DNA of 32,468 nt from Nitrospiraceae bacterium (GTDB taxonomy: Bacteria > Nitrospirota > Nitrospiria > Nitrospirales > Nitrospiraceae): assembly GCA_037442105.1 (NCBI GenBank), contig JBBIQV010000035.1, positions 1 to 32,468 of the forward strand. The letters run 5' to 3'. The notes below the pieces were generated by a model that had not been told where the DNA came from, ran no database searches, and saw only the letters and a program-made list of their open reading frames with translations. This document shows, piece by piece, positions 19,481 through 27,347 of the stretch (the stretch's first letter is position 1; each line of letters starts with the position of its first letter). The position numbers and the translations under genes were made by a program.

Positions 19481-19840
19481 TTAGGGTCCGATTCCTGCCG
19501 CTACACTCTGCACCACATCATCGGCTGACAGACGCAATTCCAGCCGGTCGCCCTTCTTTCCAACTCGGTGGATTTGGTCGAACGCTTCGTCGTCCACCTT
19601 TAACATCATCATCCGATGTTCTTTGATCTCTTGGTCTTCCACGATTCCAAAGTCCATCGTAATGGTGTGATGGAGTGGATCGATCTCCGTCAGGATCCCT
19701 TGGACATTTTTCATCGGGATATGGGAGCCACCTTTGAACGCATCCTTATCTCGGCGCTCCGCCATCGCAAAGGTGAGTGCGCCGCTTACCAGCAAGACGA
19801 ACAGGACAAGCCCGCCTCTCTTCATCATCCTCATGCTCAT
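19481..19840 (-). CDS. Small secreted beta-rich hypothetical protein (paralog 1)
   Basis: AGGAGG SD, signal peptide ending AMA, clearly similar to the adjacent ORF. Confidence 0.8.
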   Translation of the reverse strand: MSMRMMKRGGLVLFVLLVSGALTFAMAERRDKDAFKGGSHIPMKNVQGILTEIDPLHHTITMDFGIVEDQEIKEHRMMMLKVDDEAFDQIHRVGKKGDRLELRLSADDVVQSVAAGIGP

Positions 19841-19870
19841 ACCCTCCTTTCTTTCCTGTCCTCACCTTGG

Positions 19871-20188
19871 TTATGGCCCCAACCCGATGGCCACCACGTG
19901 AACAATGTCCTCCTCATTCAGCCGCAACTCCACCCGCTTGCCGACCTTTCCCGTTCTGTCGAGCTGGTCGAGTGCATCCACATGGACCTTGAGCGTCACT
20001 TGCTGACCTTCTACGACTTCGACCGTTACGGTCTCGTGTTGAAAATCGATCGCCTTGATGATTCCCTGGACGATCTTTACCGGCTTAAACGTTCCCGGTC
20101 CACCGGTATTGTGCCCGGCCACCGCAAATCCTACCCATCCACCGACCGCCAAAACGCAGACCGCCATCAAGACCCGCTTCATCTTCAT
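19871..20188 (-). CDS. Small secreted beta-rich hypothetical protein (paralog 2)
   Basis: AGGAGG 6 nt before ATG 20188 (alternative 20194), signal peptide ending AVA; shares VQGI..ID..H, LKV..A.DQ..R.GK.G.R.ELRL...D.V..VA.G.GP with paralog 1. Confidence 0.8.
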   Translation of the reverse strand: MKMKRVLMAVCVLAVGGWVGFAVAGHNTGGPGTFKPVKIVQGIIKAIDFQHETVTVEVVEGQQVTLKVHVDALDQLDRTGKVGKRVELRLNEEDIVHVVAIGLGP

Positions 20189-20532
20189 CGCCATCCTCCT
20201 TTCCTCTCTGCCCGCCGAAAATGTTCGGCGTCCAGCTTCCCGGCAGGCCACAGGTCAATAAGTTGTCTAGCGTGAAGCTTCGCTTGAACCGCGTGCGCAA
20301 CACATACGAAATGAGGCAGAGCTTGACTAGCGCCCAAAGGATTGATTTTGCCTCACCCATTCGGGTGAGTGACCTGGGGCGAAAAGGAGGACTTTCAGAA
20401 AATGTATAATCCGGTGCTCAGCAAACGGACAGGGAATCCACGACAGGAAGCACAGGAAGGAGTCAACAGAGGAAGACACGAGCAGAGGCCAGCTCAACCT
20501 GACCCAGGCCGGGTCGTCTTCTTCAACTCATG

Positions 20533-20868
20533 CTACCGGCAGGTCTTGCCGTCGAAATATTTACAGGGTGTGTCACCGACCGGGACTTTCCAGCTTTTCA
20601 GCAAAGGCGGCCGGCCGGCTCTTATCTCCACGACAAAATCCACCAATGTGCCGACCGGCAGTTTGTCGAGATGCGGCTTGGCCGCTTCGCTCACTTCGAT
20701 GCCGAACACGGCTCCACTGTCCGCGATGAAGATGAGGTTGTTTTCCTTGTCGACGAAAATGACGGGGCTATAGAAGCCCTTTTCTTCGGCGAGGCTTGAT
20801 GGGGGCGAGAGGGACAGGATCGACAAGCTGAGCGTGCAAAGGGCTGTTATGAAGGCCGCAGATCTCAT
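20533..20868 (-). CDS. Small secreted hypothetical protein
   Basis: AGGAG SD, signal peptide ending SLA, C-terminal Cys pair. Confidence 0.75.
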   Translation of the reverse strand: MRSAAFITALCTLSLSILSLSPPSSLAEEKGFYSPVIFVDKENNLIFIADSGAVFGIEVSEAAKPHLDKLPVGTLVDFVVEIRAGRPPLLKSWKVPVGDTPCKYFDGKTCR

Positions 20869-20959
20869 ATGTAGACTCCTATGAAAAGATACTGGCGTGG
20901 CATTATGCCACTGATGAAAAGTGAATGATAGAGGACGCTGCGTTGGATGACAATGCGGG

Positions 20960-21472
20960 TTAGATGTGTTGCACGTCAGCCGGTCGCACCTGGCCTTGTC
21001 GAATCCAGTAGGTGCGAATGTCGGGCTGGGCGTCGTTCATGAGGGAGATGAGGAGGTAGGCTGGAATCGGCAAGTTGATCTTGGGCCAAATCTCCTCGTA
21101 GTCGGTGGCGATTTTAATATCGGTCACTGAGGGGCGCGCGGGGTCTTTCGGGTGCGAATGATAGACAATCTGGAGGTCGAGTCCCTTGTTCCGTATGTCT
21201 TTCTTGGCTGCTGAGAAGTCCTGCATATCCATAACGAAGGCGATTTCAGCTCGTTCCTCCGGAGAGAGGCGTTCCAAGTGCGCGACTTTCGCGGGGTCGA
21301 ACGAAGACAATTTCTCAGCGCCATCGAGTGCGACCACATTTCTGATCCGGTAGACGTGGGTGACGAGGCCATTGTTCCCGGCCAACAGTCCGCAACATTC
21401 GTAAGGGGCAAGCTCCCGCGCATGGGCCACGATGTCGTCGAGAATGTGCTGGGGAATCGTCAGGTCCGGCAC
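20960..21472 (-). CDS. JAB/MPN+ (M67, Mec-like) metalloprotease
   Basis: PYECCGLL and JAMM motif YHSHPKDPARPSVTD. Confidence 0.92.
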   Translation of the reverse strand: MPDLTIPQHILDDIVAHARELAPYECCGLLAGNNGLVTHVYRIRNVVALDGAEKLSSFDPAKVAHLERLSPEERAEIAFVMDMQDFSAAKKDIRNKGLDLQIVYHSHPKDPARPSVTDIKIATDYEEIWPKINLPIPAYLLISLMNDAQPDIRTYWIRQGQVRPADVQHI

Positions 21473-21474
21473 GG

Positions 21475-22278
21475 TCAGATGGAGCAGGAGACGCTGTAGT
21501 CTCCCTTGAGATCGGTGATAGTCGGAGAGGGACCGCAGAGCTTGCAGGCTGGGTCTTTCGGACGCCCGACCTTACGGAATTTCATCTCCAAGGCATCGTA
21601 GATCAAGAGGCGATCGGCGAGCGTTTCCCCGATTCCCAGAATCTCTTTAATCGCTTCGGACGCCTGCAGGATGCCCATGGTTCCAGCCAGAACGCCGAGC
21701 ACACCGGCTTCCTGACAGTTGGGAACGAGTCCAGCCGGCGGCGGTTCCGGATAGAGGCATCGATAGCAGGGGTAACCGGCGTGGGGTTTGATCGTCGTGA
21801 GTTGCCCCTCGAAGCGGAACATGCTGGCCGACACCAACGTCTTCTTGGCAAAGAAGCAAGCGTCGTTGACCAGAAATCGGGTCGTAAAATTGTCGGACCC
21901 GTCAAGGACCATGTCATAGTCGGACACCAAGCCCATAATGTTGTCTGCATCGACGTTGTGATGGTGTGTCTTGACGGTGATATCGGGGTTGAGCGCCGCC
22001 AGCGTCTTCTGACCCGATTCAACTTTGGGCTTCCCCACGGTCGCGGTAGAGTGGAGAATCTGTCTCTGCAGATTGGACAGGTCCACGACATCGCCATCGA
22101 CCAGTCCGATTGTGCCAATCCCGGCGGCGGCTAAATAGAGCGCTGCGGGAGATCCCAGCCCGCCTGCGCCGATCACAAGGACTTTCGCGCGCGCGAGCTT
22201 CTTTTGACCTTTGCCGCCGACCTCGCTGAGGATGATATGGCGGCTATAGCGCTGGATTTGGGTGTCGGTGAAGTCCAT
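21475..22278 (-). CDS. MoeB/ThiF-family sulfur-carrier adenylyltransferase (copy 1, no rhodanese domain)
   Basis: RYSRHI, GAGGLGS, SNLQRQ, DGSDNF, CYRC, NCQEAGVLG, CKLC. Confidence 0.95.
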   Translation of the reverse strand: MDFTDTQIQRYSRHIILSEVGGKGQKKLARAKVLVIGAGGLGSPAALYLAAAGIGTIGLVDGDVVDLSNLQRQILHSTATVGKPKVESGQKTLAALNPDITVKTHHHNVDADNIMGLVSDYDMVLDGSDNFTTRFLVNDACFFAKKTLVSASMFRFEGQLTTIKPHAGYPCYRCLYPEPPPAGLVPNCQEAGVLGVLAGTMGILQASEAIKEILGIGETLADRLLIYDALEMKFRKVGRPKDPACKLCGPSPTITDLKGDYSVSCSI

Positions 22279-22291
22279 TGTGTGCAAACAA

Positions 22292-22372
22292 GCTGTCAGC
22301 CATTAGCCATCAGCTCTCAGCTCTCAGCTCTTGATGAAGGACGCTATTGGCTGAAAGCTGACCGCTGATTGC
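22292..22372. repeat. Inverted heptamer array (NNTCAGC / GCTGANN)
   Basis: tgtcagc cattagc catcagc tctcagc tctcagc ... gctattg gctgaaa gctgacc gctgatt. Confidence 0.85.
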
Positions 22373-22378
22373 TATCCC

Positions 22379-22618
22379 TCATTCCACGACATTCAATTCG
22401 ATCGGATCGACGAGCACGCCCTTTTTCCTGAGCCCCTCCACGGCACGTTCGATCTCGGCTGTCTCGCCGGTGAGTTCCACATCCATCCAGCCGGTGGTTT
22501 CGCGGACATCGGCCCGGCGAACGTTCGTCACGACCTTATACTCATGGCCGATCTGGTAGATGATGGGCTCCTTAATCTTCTCCTCAGGAAACCGGATGTG
22601 AAACCGCAAACTCGTCAT
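22379..22618 (-). CDS. Stand-alone NIL-domain protein
   Basis: LRFHIRFPE..IKEPIIY...VVTNVRRADV....GWM.VEL.G....IE.A...L...GV.V matches the NIL (MetN C-terminal-like) pattern. Confidence 0.8.
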   Translation of the reverse strand: MTSLRFHIRFPEEKIKEPIIYQIGHEYKVVTNVRRADVRETTGWMDVELTGETAEIERAVEGLRKKGVLVDPIELNVVE

Positions 22619-22620
22619 GC

Positions 22621-22893
22621 TCAGCCTCCTGCGATGGCCGGAACGATGGACACCTCGTCGCCATCCTTGAGCGGCGTCTCCTTGCCCTTCAGGAAGCGAA
22701 TATCTTCTTCATTGACGTAGATATTGACGAACCGGCGCAGCTCGCCCTTGTCGTCACAAAGCCGGTCTTTCAATCCTGGGTGAACGGAGTCGAGGGTATT
22801 GATCATCTCGACGATGCTTGCGGCCTTGGCTTCGACTTCGCCTCGCCCCTTTGTCAAAGGTCGCAGCGGGGTAGGAATACGAATCTTGATCAT
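22621..22893 (-). CDS. MoaD/CysO-family ubiquitin-like sulfur carrier
   Basis: IRIPTPLR, FVNIYVNEEDIR, C-terminal PAIAGG; ATGA-coupled to the ThrC-like gene. Confidence 0.93.
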   Translation of the reverse strand: MIKIRIPTPLRPLTKGRGEVEAKAASIVEMINTLDSVHPGLKDRLCDDKGELRRFVNIYVNEEDIRFLKGKETPLKDGDEVSIVPAIAGG

Positions 22894-24137
22894 GTGGCAC
22901 CACCATGGCTTTCAAGCTCGAACGTTTTCTGAAAGCTGAGCAAACTGGGTTGAATGCGAACGGGCCGCCCGACCGCGTCGATCACGGCTTCTTGCGTTTT
23001 GAGTCCGTTGCCCGTGATATAGGCAACCGTGACATCGCGTTTCTTGATGATGCCCTGTTTGACCAGTTTGCGGAGCACCCCGATCGTGACCCCGCCGGCG
23101 GTCTCCGCGAAAATGCCTTCCGTCTGCGCGAGAAGCTTAATGCCTTCGACTACTTCCTCATCCGACACCATATCCATGGCACCTTTGCTCTCTGCAGTCG
23201 CCTTCAACGCGTAGTAGCCGTCGGCAGGATTGCCGATGGCGAGGGACTTCGCGATCGTCTTGGGTTTGACCGGTTTGAAGAAGTCCCGTCCGGCTTTGAA
23301 GGCGGTGGCAATGGGGGAACAGCCTTCGGCTTGAGCGCCGTTGATTTTCGTGCACACTGAATCGACAAGACCCAAGGCGTGCATCTCATTCAAGCCTTTC
23401 CATATCTTGGTCAGGAGCGATCCGGATGCCATGGGAATCACCACCTGATCGGGCGTGCGCCAGCCGAGCTGTTCCACCGTCTCGAACGCGAGTGTCTTGG
23501 ACCCTTCGGCATAGTACGGGCGAATGTTGATGTTCACAAACGCCCATCCGTGCTCGCCCGCGATTTCGCTGCACAGCCGGTTGACATCGTCGTAGTTGCC
23601 TTCGACTTCGACGACGTTGGGCTTGTAAATCAGATTGCCCAGAACCTTTGCTGCTTCCAAGTCGCCGGGAATAAACACGTAACACTGCATGCCCGAGGCT
23701 GCGGCATGGGCTGCTACAGAGTTCGCCAAATTACCTGTTGAGGCGCAAGCAACCGTTTCAAACCCTAGCTCTCGTGCGCGGGTCAGGGCCACCGATACCA
23801 CCCGGTCCTTGAACGAAAGCGTCGGATGGTTGACCGTATCGTTCTTGATGTACAGCTCGTCCAGCCCCAGATAGGCGCCGAGATTCTTAGCGCGCACCAT
23901 CGGTGTCAAGCCTGCGTGGGGACCGACGATGGACGTGCCCTCGACCGGCAAGAGGTCGGCGTAACGCCACATGCTGTGCGGTCCATCCTCGATCTTCTCC
24001 CGGGAGAGGGTCTTTTTGATTTCCTCGTAGTTGTACTTGACTTCGAGGGGGCCGAAACACATCTCGCAAACATGGATGGCTTGCGTGGGGTATTCTTTCC
24101 CGCACTCCCGGCACACCAGCGCTTTCATCTTGGCCAT
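22890..24137 (-). CDS. thrC: Threonine synthase-like PLP enzyme with N-terminal zinc ribbon
   Basis: CRECG...CEMC, PTLSFKDR (PLP Lys), ASTGNLANSVAA, EGSKT, PMASG, ITGNGLK. True activity uncertain (see findings). Confidence 0.85.
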   Translation of the reverse strand: MAKMKALVCRECGKEYPTQAIHVCEMCFGPLEVKYNYEEIKKTLSREKIEDGPHSMWRYADLLPVEGTSIVGPHAGLTPMVRAKNLGAYLGLDELYIKNDTVNHPTLSFKDRVVSVALTRARELGFETVACASTGNLANSVAAHAAASGMQCYVFIPGDLEAAKVLGNLIYKPNVVEVEGNYDDVNRLCSEIAGEHGWAFVNINIRPYYAEGSKTLAFETVEQLGWRTPDQVVIPMASGSLLTKIWKGLNEMHALGLVDSVCTKINGAQAEGCSPIATAFKAGRDFFKPVKPKTIAKSLAIGNPADGYYALKATAESKGAMDMVSDEEVVEGIKLLAQTEGIFAETAGGVTIGVLRKLVKQGIIKKRDVTVAYITGNGLKTQEAVIDAVGRPVRIQPSLLSFQKTFELESHGGAT

Positions 24138-24167
24138 AGTTGCACCACCTTGAAAGGGCATTGACGC

Positions 24168-24233
24168 ACTCAGTGATCAGCTCTCAACTCGAAACTTTGC
24201 CGGCTGCCGAAGGCTGACCGCTGACGGCCGGCG
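24168..24233. repeat. Degenerate inverted heptamer array overlapping the 3' end of MoeB copy 2
   Basis: actcagt gatcagc tctcaac ... gccgaag gctgacc gctgacg. Confidence 0.6.
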
Positions 24234-25035
24234 TTCTCAGCTCACACGACTCCGGCTCTTCGTCGAACAATTGGGTGATCGTCGGGTGTTCGCCGCACAG
24301 CGGGCAATGGAGATTGCGCCGGACCTTGATATCACGGAACTGCGTTCGCCGTGCGTCGAAATCGAGCAGCCGGTCGGTGAGCGGCTGTCCGATTCCGAGG
24401 ATCAGCTTCAGCGCTTCCGTCGCTTGGATGGTCCCGATGATACCGGCCAGCACCCCGATGACACCCGCTTCCTGGCAGGATGCAACCAACCCGGGCGGGG
24501 GCGGGGTCTTGAACACACAGCGATAGCATGCCGACTTTTTCGGGATGATCGTCGTGACCCGCCCGTCGAAGCGCAGGATGGCGCCATGCACGAGGGGTTT
24601 GTTCGCGAAGAAGCAGGCATCGTTGATCAAGAACTTGGCAGGGAAGTTGTCCACCCCGTCGATGACGACATCGTACTCACTGATGAGTTTCAGGGCATTC
24701 TGCGCCGTCAGACGTTCCTCATACATCACGACCTGGACGTCGGGATTCAGTGCGTGGATCTTTTCTTTCCCCGACAGTACCTTGGGGCGCCCAATATCCG
24801 ACGTGTGGTGGAGGACCTGACGCTGGAGATTGCTCAGGTCGACCACGTCGCTGTCAATCAACCCAATCGTGCCCACGCCGGCCGCTGCGAGATAGAGGGC
24901 GGCGGGCGATCCGAGTCCCCCGGCGCCGACCAGGAAGATTTTTGCCTTTGCAATTTTCTTCTGGCCTTTTCCGCCAACTTCGGGCAACAGAATGTGGCGG
25001 CTATAGCGAGTGATTTGATCTTCGGTGAAGTCCAT
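24184..25035 (-). CDS. MoeB/ThiF-family sulfur-carrier adenylyltransferase (copy 2, no rhodanese domain)
   Basis: RYSRHI, GAGGLGS, SNLQRQ, DGVDNF, CYRC, SCQEAGVIG, CPLC. Confidence 0.95.
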   Translation of the reverse strand: MDFTEDQITRYSRHILLPEVGGKGQKKIAKAKIFLVGAGGLGSPAALYLAAAGVGTIGLIDSDVVDLSNLQRQVLHHTSDIGRPKVLSGKEKIHALNPDVQVVMYEERLTAQNALKLISEYDVVIDGVDNFPAKFLINDACFFANKPLVHGAILRFDGRVTTIIPKKSACYRCVFKTPPPPGLVASCQEAGVIGVLAGIIGTIQATEALKLILGIGQPLTDRLLDFDARRTQFRDIKVRRNLHCPLCGEHPTITQLFDEEPESCELRTPAVSGQPSAAGKVSS

Positions 25036-25039
25036 TTTA

Positions 25040-25090
25040 GCTGTCAGCCATCAGCTATCAGTCATCAGCTCGGAGCTGACTGCTGAGAGC
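25040..25090. repeat. Inverted heptamer array (NNTCAGC / GCTGANN)
   Basis: tgtcagc catcagc tatcagt catcagc tcgga gctgact gctgaga. Confidence 0.85.
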
Positions 25091-25098
25091 TTCTCTGC

Positions 25099-26028
25099 TC
25101 AAATATTGAAATACTTCTCAATACTGATATAGCGCTCGCCCGTGTCGCAGAGGATCGTCACCACATTTTTCCCCGGTCCCAATTCTTCGGCGATCTTCTG
25201 TGCCGCGAACACGTTGGCGCCGGCGGAGATTCCGACCAAAAGACCTTCTTTCTTCGAGAGTAACTTGGCCGTCTGGTATGCCTCATCATCCGTGACGGTT
25301 ATCACGCGATCGAGGATGTTCCGGTTTAAGACCTTGGGCACAAACCCCGCGCCAATGCCTTGAATCTTGTGGGGCCCCGGTTCGCCGCCGGAGAGAACCG
25401 GCGATCCCGCCGGCTCGACCGCAAAGATTTTCACATTCGGATTACGTTCTTTGAAGACTTCTCCGCACCCGGTCACAGTGCCGCCGGTCCCCACCGCTGC
25501 CACGAACGCATCGACCGTTCCGTCCAACGCTTCCCAGATCTCCAGGGCGGTCGTCATGCGGTGCATCGCCGGGTTGGCTGGGTTCGAAAACTGGTCCGGC
25601 ATGAAATACGAAGGATTCTGCGCGATGATGCTCTCCGCTTCTTTGATCGAGCCTTTCATGCCCTCCCAGGCCGGCGTGAGGACAAGCTGCGCGCCATAAG
25701 ACGAGAGCAGGCTAGCACGCTCCATGCTCATACTCTCCGGCATGACCAGGATAAGCTTATAGCCCCTGACGGCCGCCACCAGCGCAAGGCCGATTCCGGT
25801 ATTGCCGCTTGTCGGTTCGACGATCGTACCTCCCGGTTTCAGCTTTCCCTGCCGTTCGGCCTCGTTGATCATATTGAGGCAGATACGGTCCTTGACGCTT
25901 CCTCCGGGGTTGAAAAATTCAGCCTTGGCATAAATCGTCGCCGAACCGGGTTTCGAAAGACGGTTGAGACGGACAAGCGGGGTTCGTCCGATCAGCTCAG
26001 TGATCTCCTTGTGCATGTGCATGGTCAC
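25099..26028 (-). CDS. cysK: Cysteine synthase
   Basis: NPGGSVKDR, EPTSGNTG, GTGGT, HKIQGIG, CDTGERY. Start could be 26028, 26022 or 26016. Confidence 0.95.
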   Translation of the reverse strand: MTMHMHKEITELIGRTPLVRLNRLSKPGSATIYAKAEFFNPGGSVKDRICLNMINEAERQGKLKPGGTIVEPTSGNTGIGLALVAAVRGYKLILVMPESMSMERASLLSSYGAQLVLTPAWEGMKGSIKEAESIIAQNPSYFMPDQFSNPANPAMHRMTTALEIWEALDGTVDAFVAAVGTGGTVTGCGEVFKERNPNVKIFAVEPAGSPVLSGGEPGPHKIQGIGAGFVPKVLNRNILDRVITVTDDEAYQTAKLLSKKEGLLVGISAGANVFAAQKIAEELGPGKNVVTILCDTGERYISIEKYFNI

Positions 26029-26225
26029 CGGCCACCGCCCATGTAAAAAAGAAACTCGACCTGATCGCCATCTTTAAGGCTGGTCGTACTCAGATGCTCT
26101 CGCTCCAGCATCTTATCGTTCAGCTCCACTGCGACCATCTGAGGTTCAATGCCTTTCGTCTTGAGTAAGTCGAGGACGCTGTCGCACTGAACTTCCTCCG
26201 GCTTCCCGTTTATTTTGACCTGCAT
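26025..26225 (-). CDS. thiS: ThiS-family sulfur carrier with a one-residue C-terminal extension
   Basis: MQVKING..VAVELN..LKDGDQVEF..MGGG-R; GGAG SD. Confidence 0.9.
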   Translation of the reverse strand: MQVKINGKPEEVQCDSVLDLLKTKGIEPQMVAVELNDKMLEREHLSTTSLKDGDQVEFLFYMGGGR

Positions 26226-26265
26226 GAAAGCTCCCAACTTGGCCTAGAGATTGAAGAATTTGAAC

Positions 26266-26362
26266 AACCTAACAAAGCTGGTGCATGCTTGTCAAGGCGA
26301 CTATCTTGGGAGTCGCCTCGCCGCCGGCTCTCTTGACAACCATGCGGTATCCCCTCCAGTAT
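26266..26362. promoter_or_regulatory. Putative back-to-back sigma70 promoters
   Basis: Minus strand: TTGACA (26290-26295), 18 nt, TAGGTT preceded by TGn. Plus strand: TTGACA (26333-26338), 18 nt, CAGTAT. Confidence 0.5.
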
Positions 26363-26385
26363 GCCCGCTCTTGCGGAGAAGAATC

Positions 26386-26763
26386 ATGTGGAAACGTAAC
26401 TTCATGTTCCGGGCCCAGCAGGCCACGCCGCTCCAAGAGTCGGAGAATGAACTGTTCCATGACACGGAGCCGGCACTGGATAGCGCCGGACTCAATCTCG
26501 AGAAATTTCTCTCCGTGTGGGTGCAGGGGGAAGGTGACGACGATAAGCCGACCTTGTATACGAACATCTATGTGAGAACGGCCACCCTGGATTTCAAACA
26601 ACGCGCAGGGTTTCTTCAGCCTCTGCAGGGCCGCACTCATCAGATTAAACAGATGTTGACGCCGGGACAGAAGATGTATCTTCGCGAGTGGTTGAGCCGA
26701 CATTCGCCCCAGGCCTGGGAAGCTTCCGACGACTATTTTCGGACTCTCTTCGATATCGAGTGA
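26386..26763 (+). CDS. Hypothetical protein
   Basis: GGAG SD, 125-aa ORF with globular composition, stop overlaps the next GTG. Confidence 0.7.
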   Translation: MWKRNFMFRAQQATPLQESENELFHDTEPALDSAGLNLEKFLSVWVQGEGDDDKPTLYTNIYVRTATLDFKQRAGFLQPLQGRTHQIKQMLTPGQKMYLREWLSRHSPQAWEASDDYFRTLFDIE

Positions 26764-27338
26764 GCAGAACACTCAATCCATCGACGTACACACGAGCCTG
26801 GCTCTTCGTCATCGCCGTGGAAATCATCGGCTTGTGCGGTCTAGCGGCCATCATCGGACAAGAGCCGGCGGCTGCTGCCAGCATCGAGGTGTACTATGCG
26901 CCCGAAGACCTTCCCCTCGACCACCTTGTCAAAGTATATGACGGTGCACGCCGTTACATCTACACGGCCGTCTATGGGTTGACGTCGCCAATGGCGACGA
27001 AGGCCTTGGTGACAGCGAAGAAGCGAGGCGTGGATGTTCGCGTGATTACCGATCGGGAGAGACTGAACGATCCCAAGCAGCGAGCAGCCTTGGAGACGTT
27101 GCGATTGGCCGGCATCCCGATCCGCGTAAATCGACACGATGCTCTGATGCACCTCAAGCAGGTTGTTGTGGATGATGAGATCAACGCCTCCGGCTCGATG
27201 AATCACACGACGAGCGGCAATCAATACAATGACGAGCGGTTGGATATCATCAGAGATCATGTCACCAGCGTGAAGGCGCGAGAGAAGTTCCTGACCATGT
27301 GGAAAGATGAAGACCGTTTCCGATTCTGGCAGGATTGA
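26760..27338 (+). CDS. Single-HKD phospholipase D / Nuc-family protein, exported
   Basis: MHLKQVVVD.....GSMN, RGVDVRVITD, N-terminal hydrophobic segment. GTG start inferred from the GTGA overlap. Confidence 0.85.
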   Translation: MSRTLNPSTYTRAWLFVIAVEIIGLCGLAAIIGQEPAAAASIEVYYAPEDLPLDHLVKVYDGARRYIYTAVYGLTSPMATKALVTAKKRGVDVRVITDRERLNDPKQRAALETLRLAGIPIRVNRHDALMHLKQVVVDDEINASGSMNHTTSGNQYNDERLDIIRDHVTSVKAREKFLTMWKDEDRFRFWQD

Positions 27339-27347
27339 CCGGGCACC

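Noticed and set aside
22292..22372. Heptamer arrays or the 30.1-31.4 kb repeats as CRISPR
   Set aside because: No identical 23-47 nt repeats with regular unique spacers, and no cas genes.
20960..26225. E1/JAB/ubiquitin-like genes as an antiphage conjugation system (CBASS type II or Bil-like)
   Set aside because: No E2 or CD-NTase; the partners are PLP sulfur-amino-acid enzymes.
26226..26290. SAM or other riboswitch ahead of the sulfur operon
   Set aside because: The leader after the predicted -10 is only about 35 nt and has no recognisable aptamer motif.
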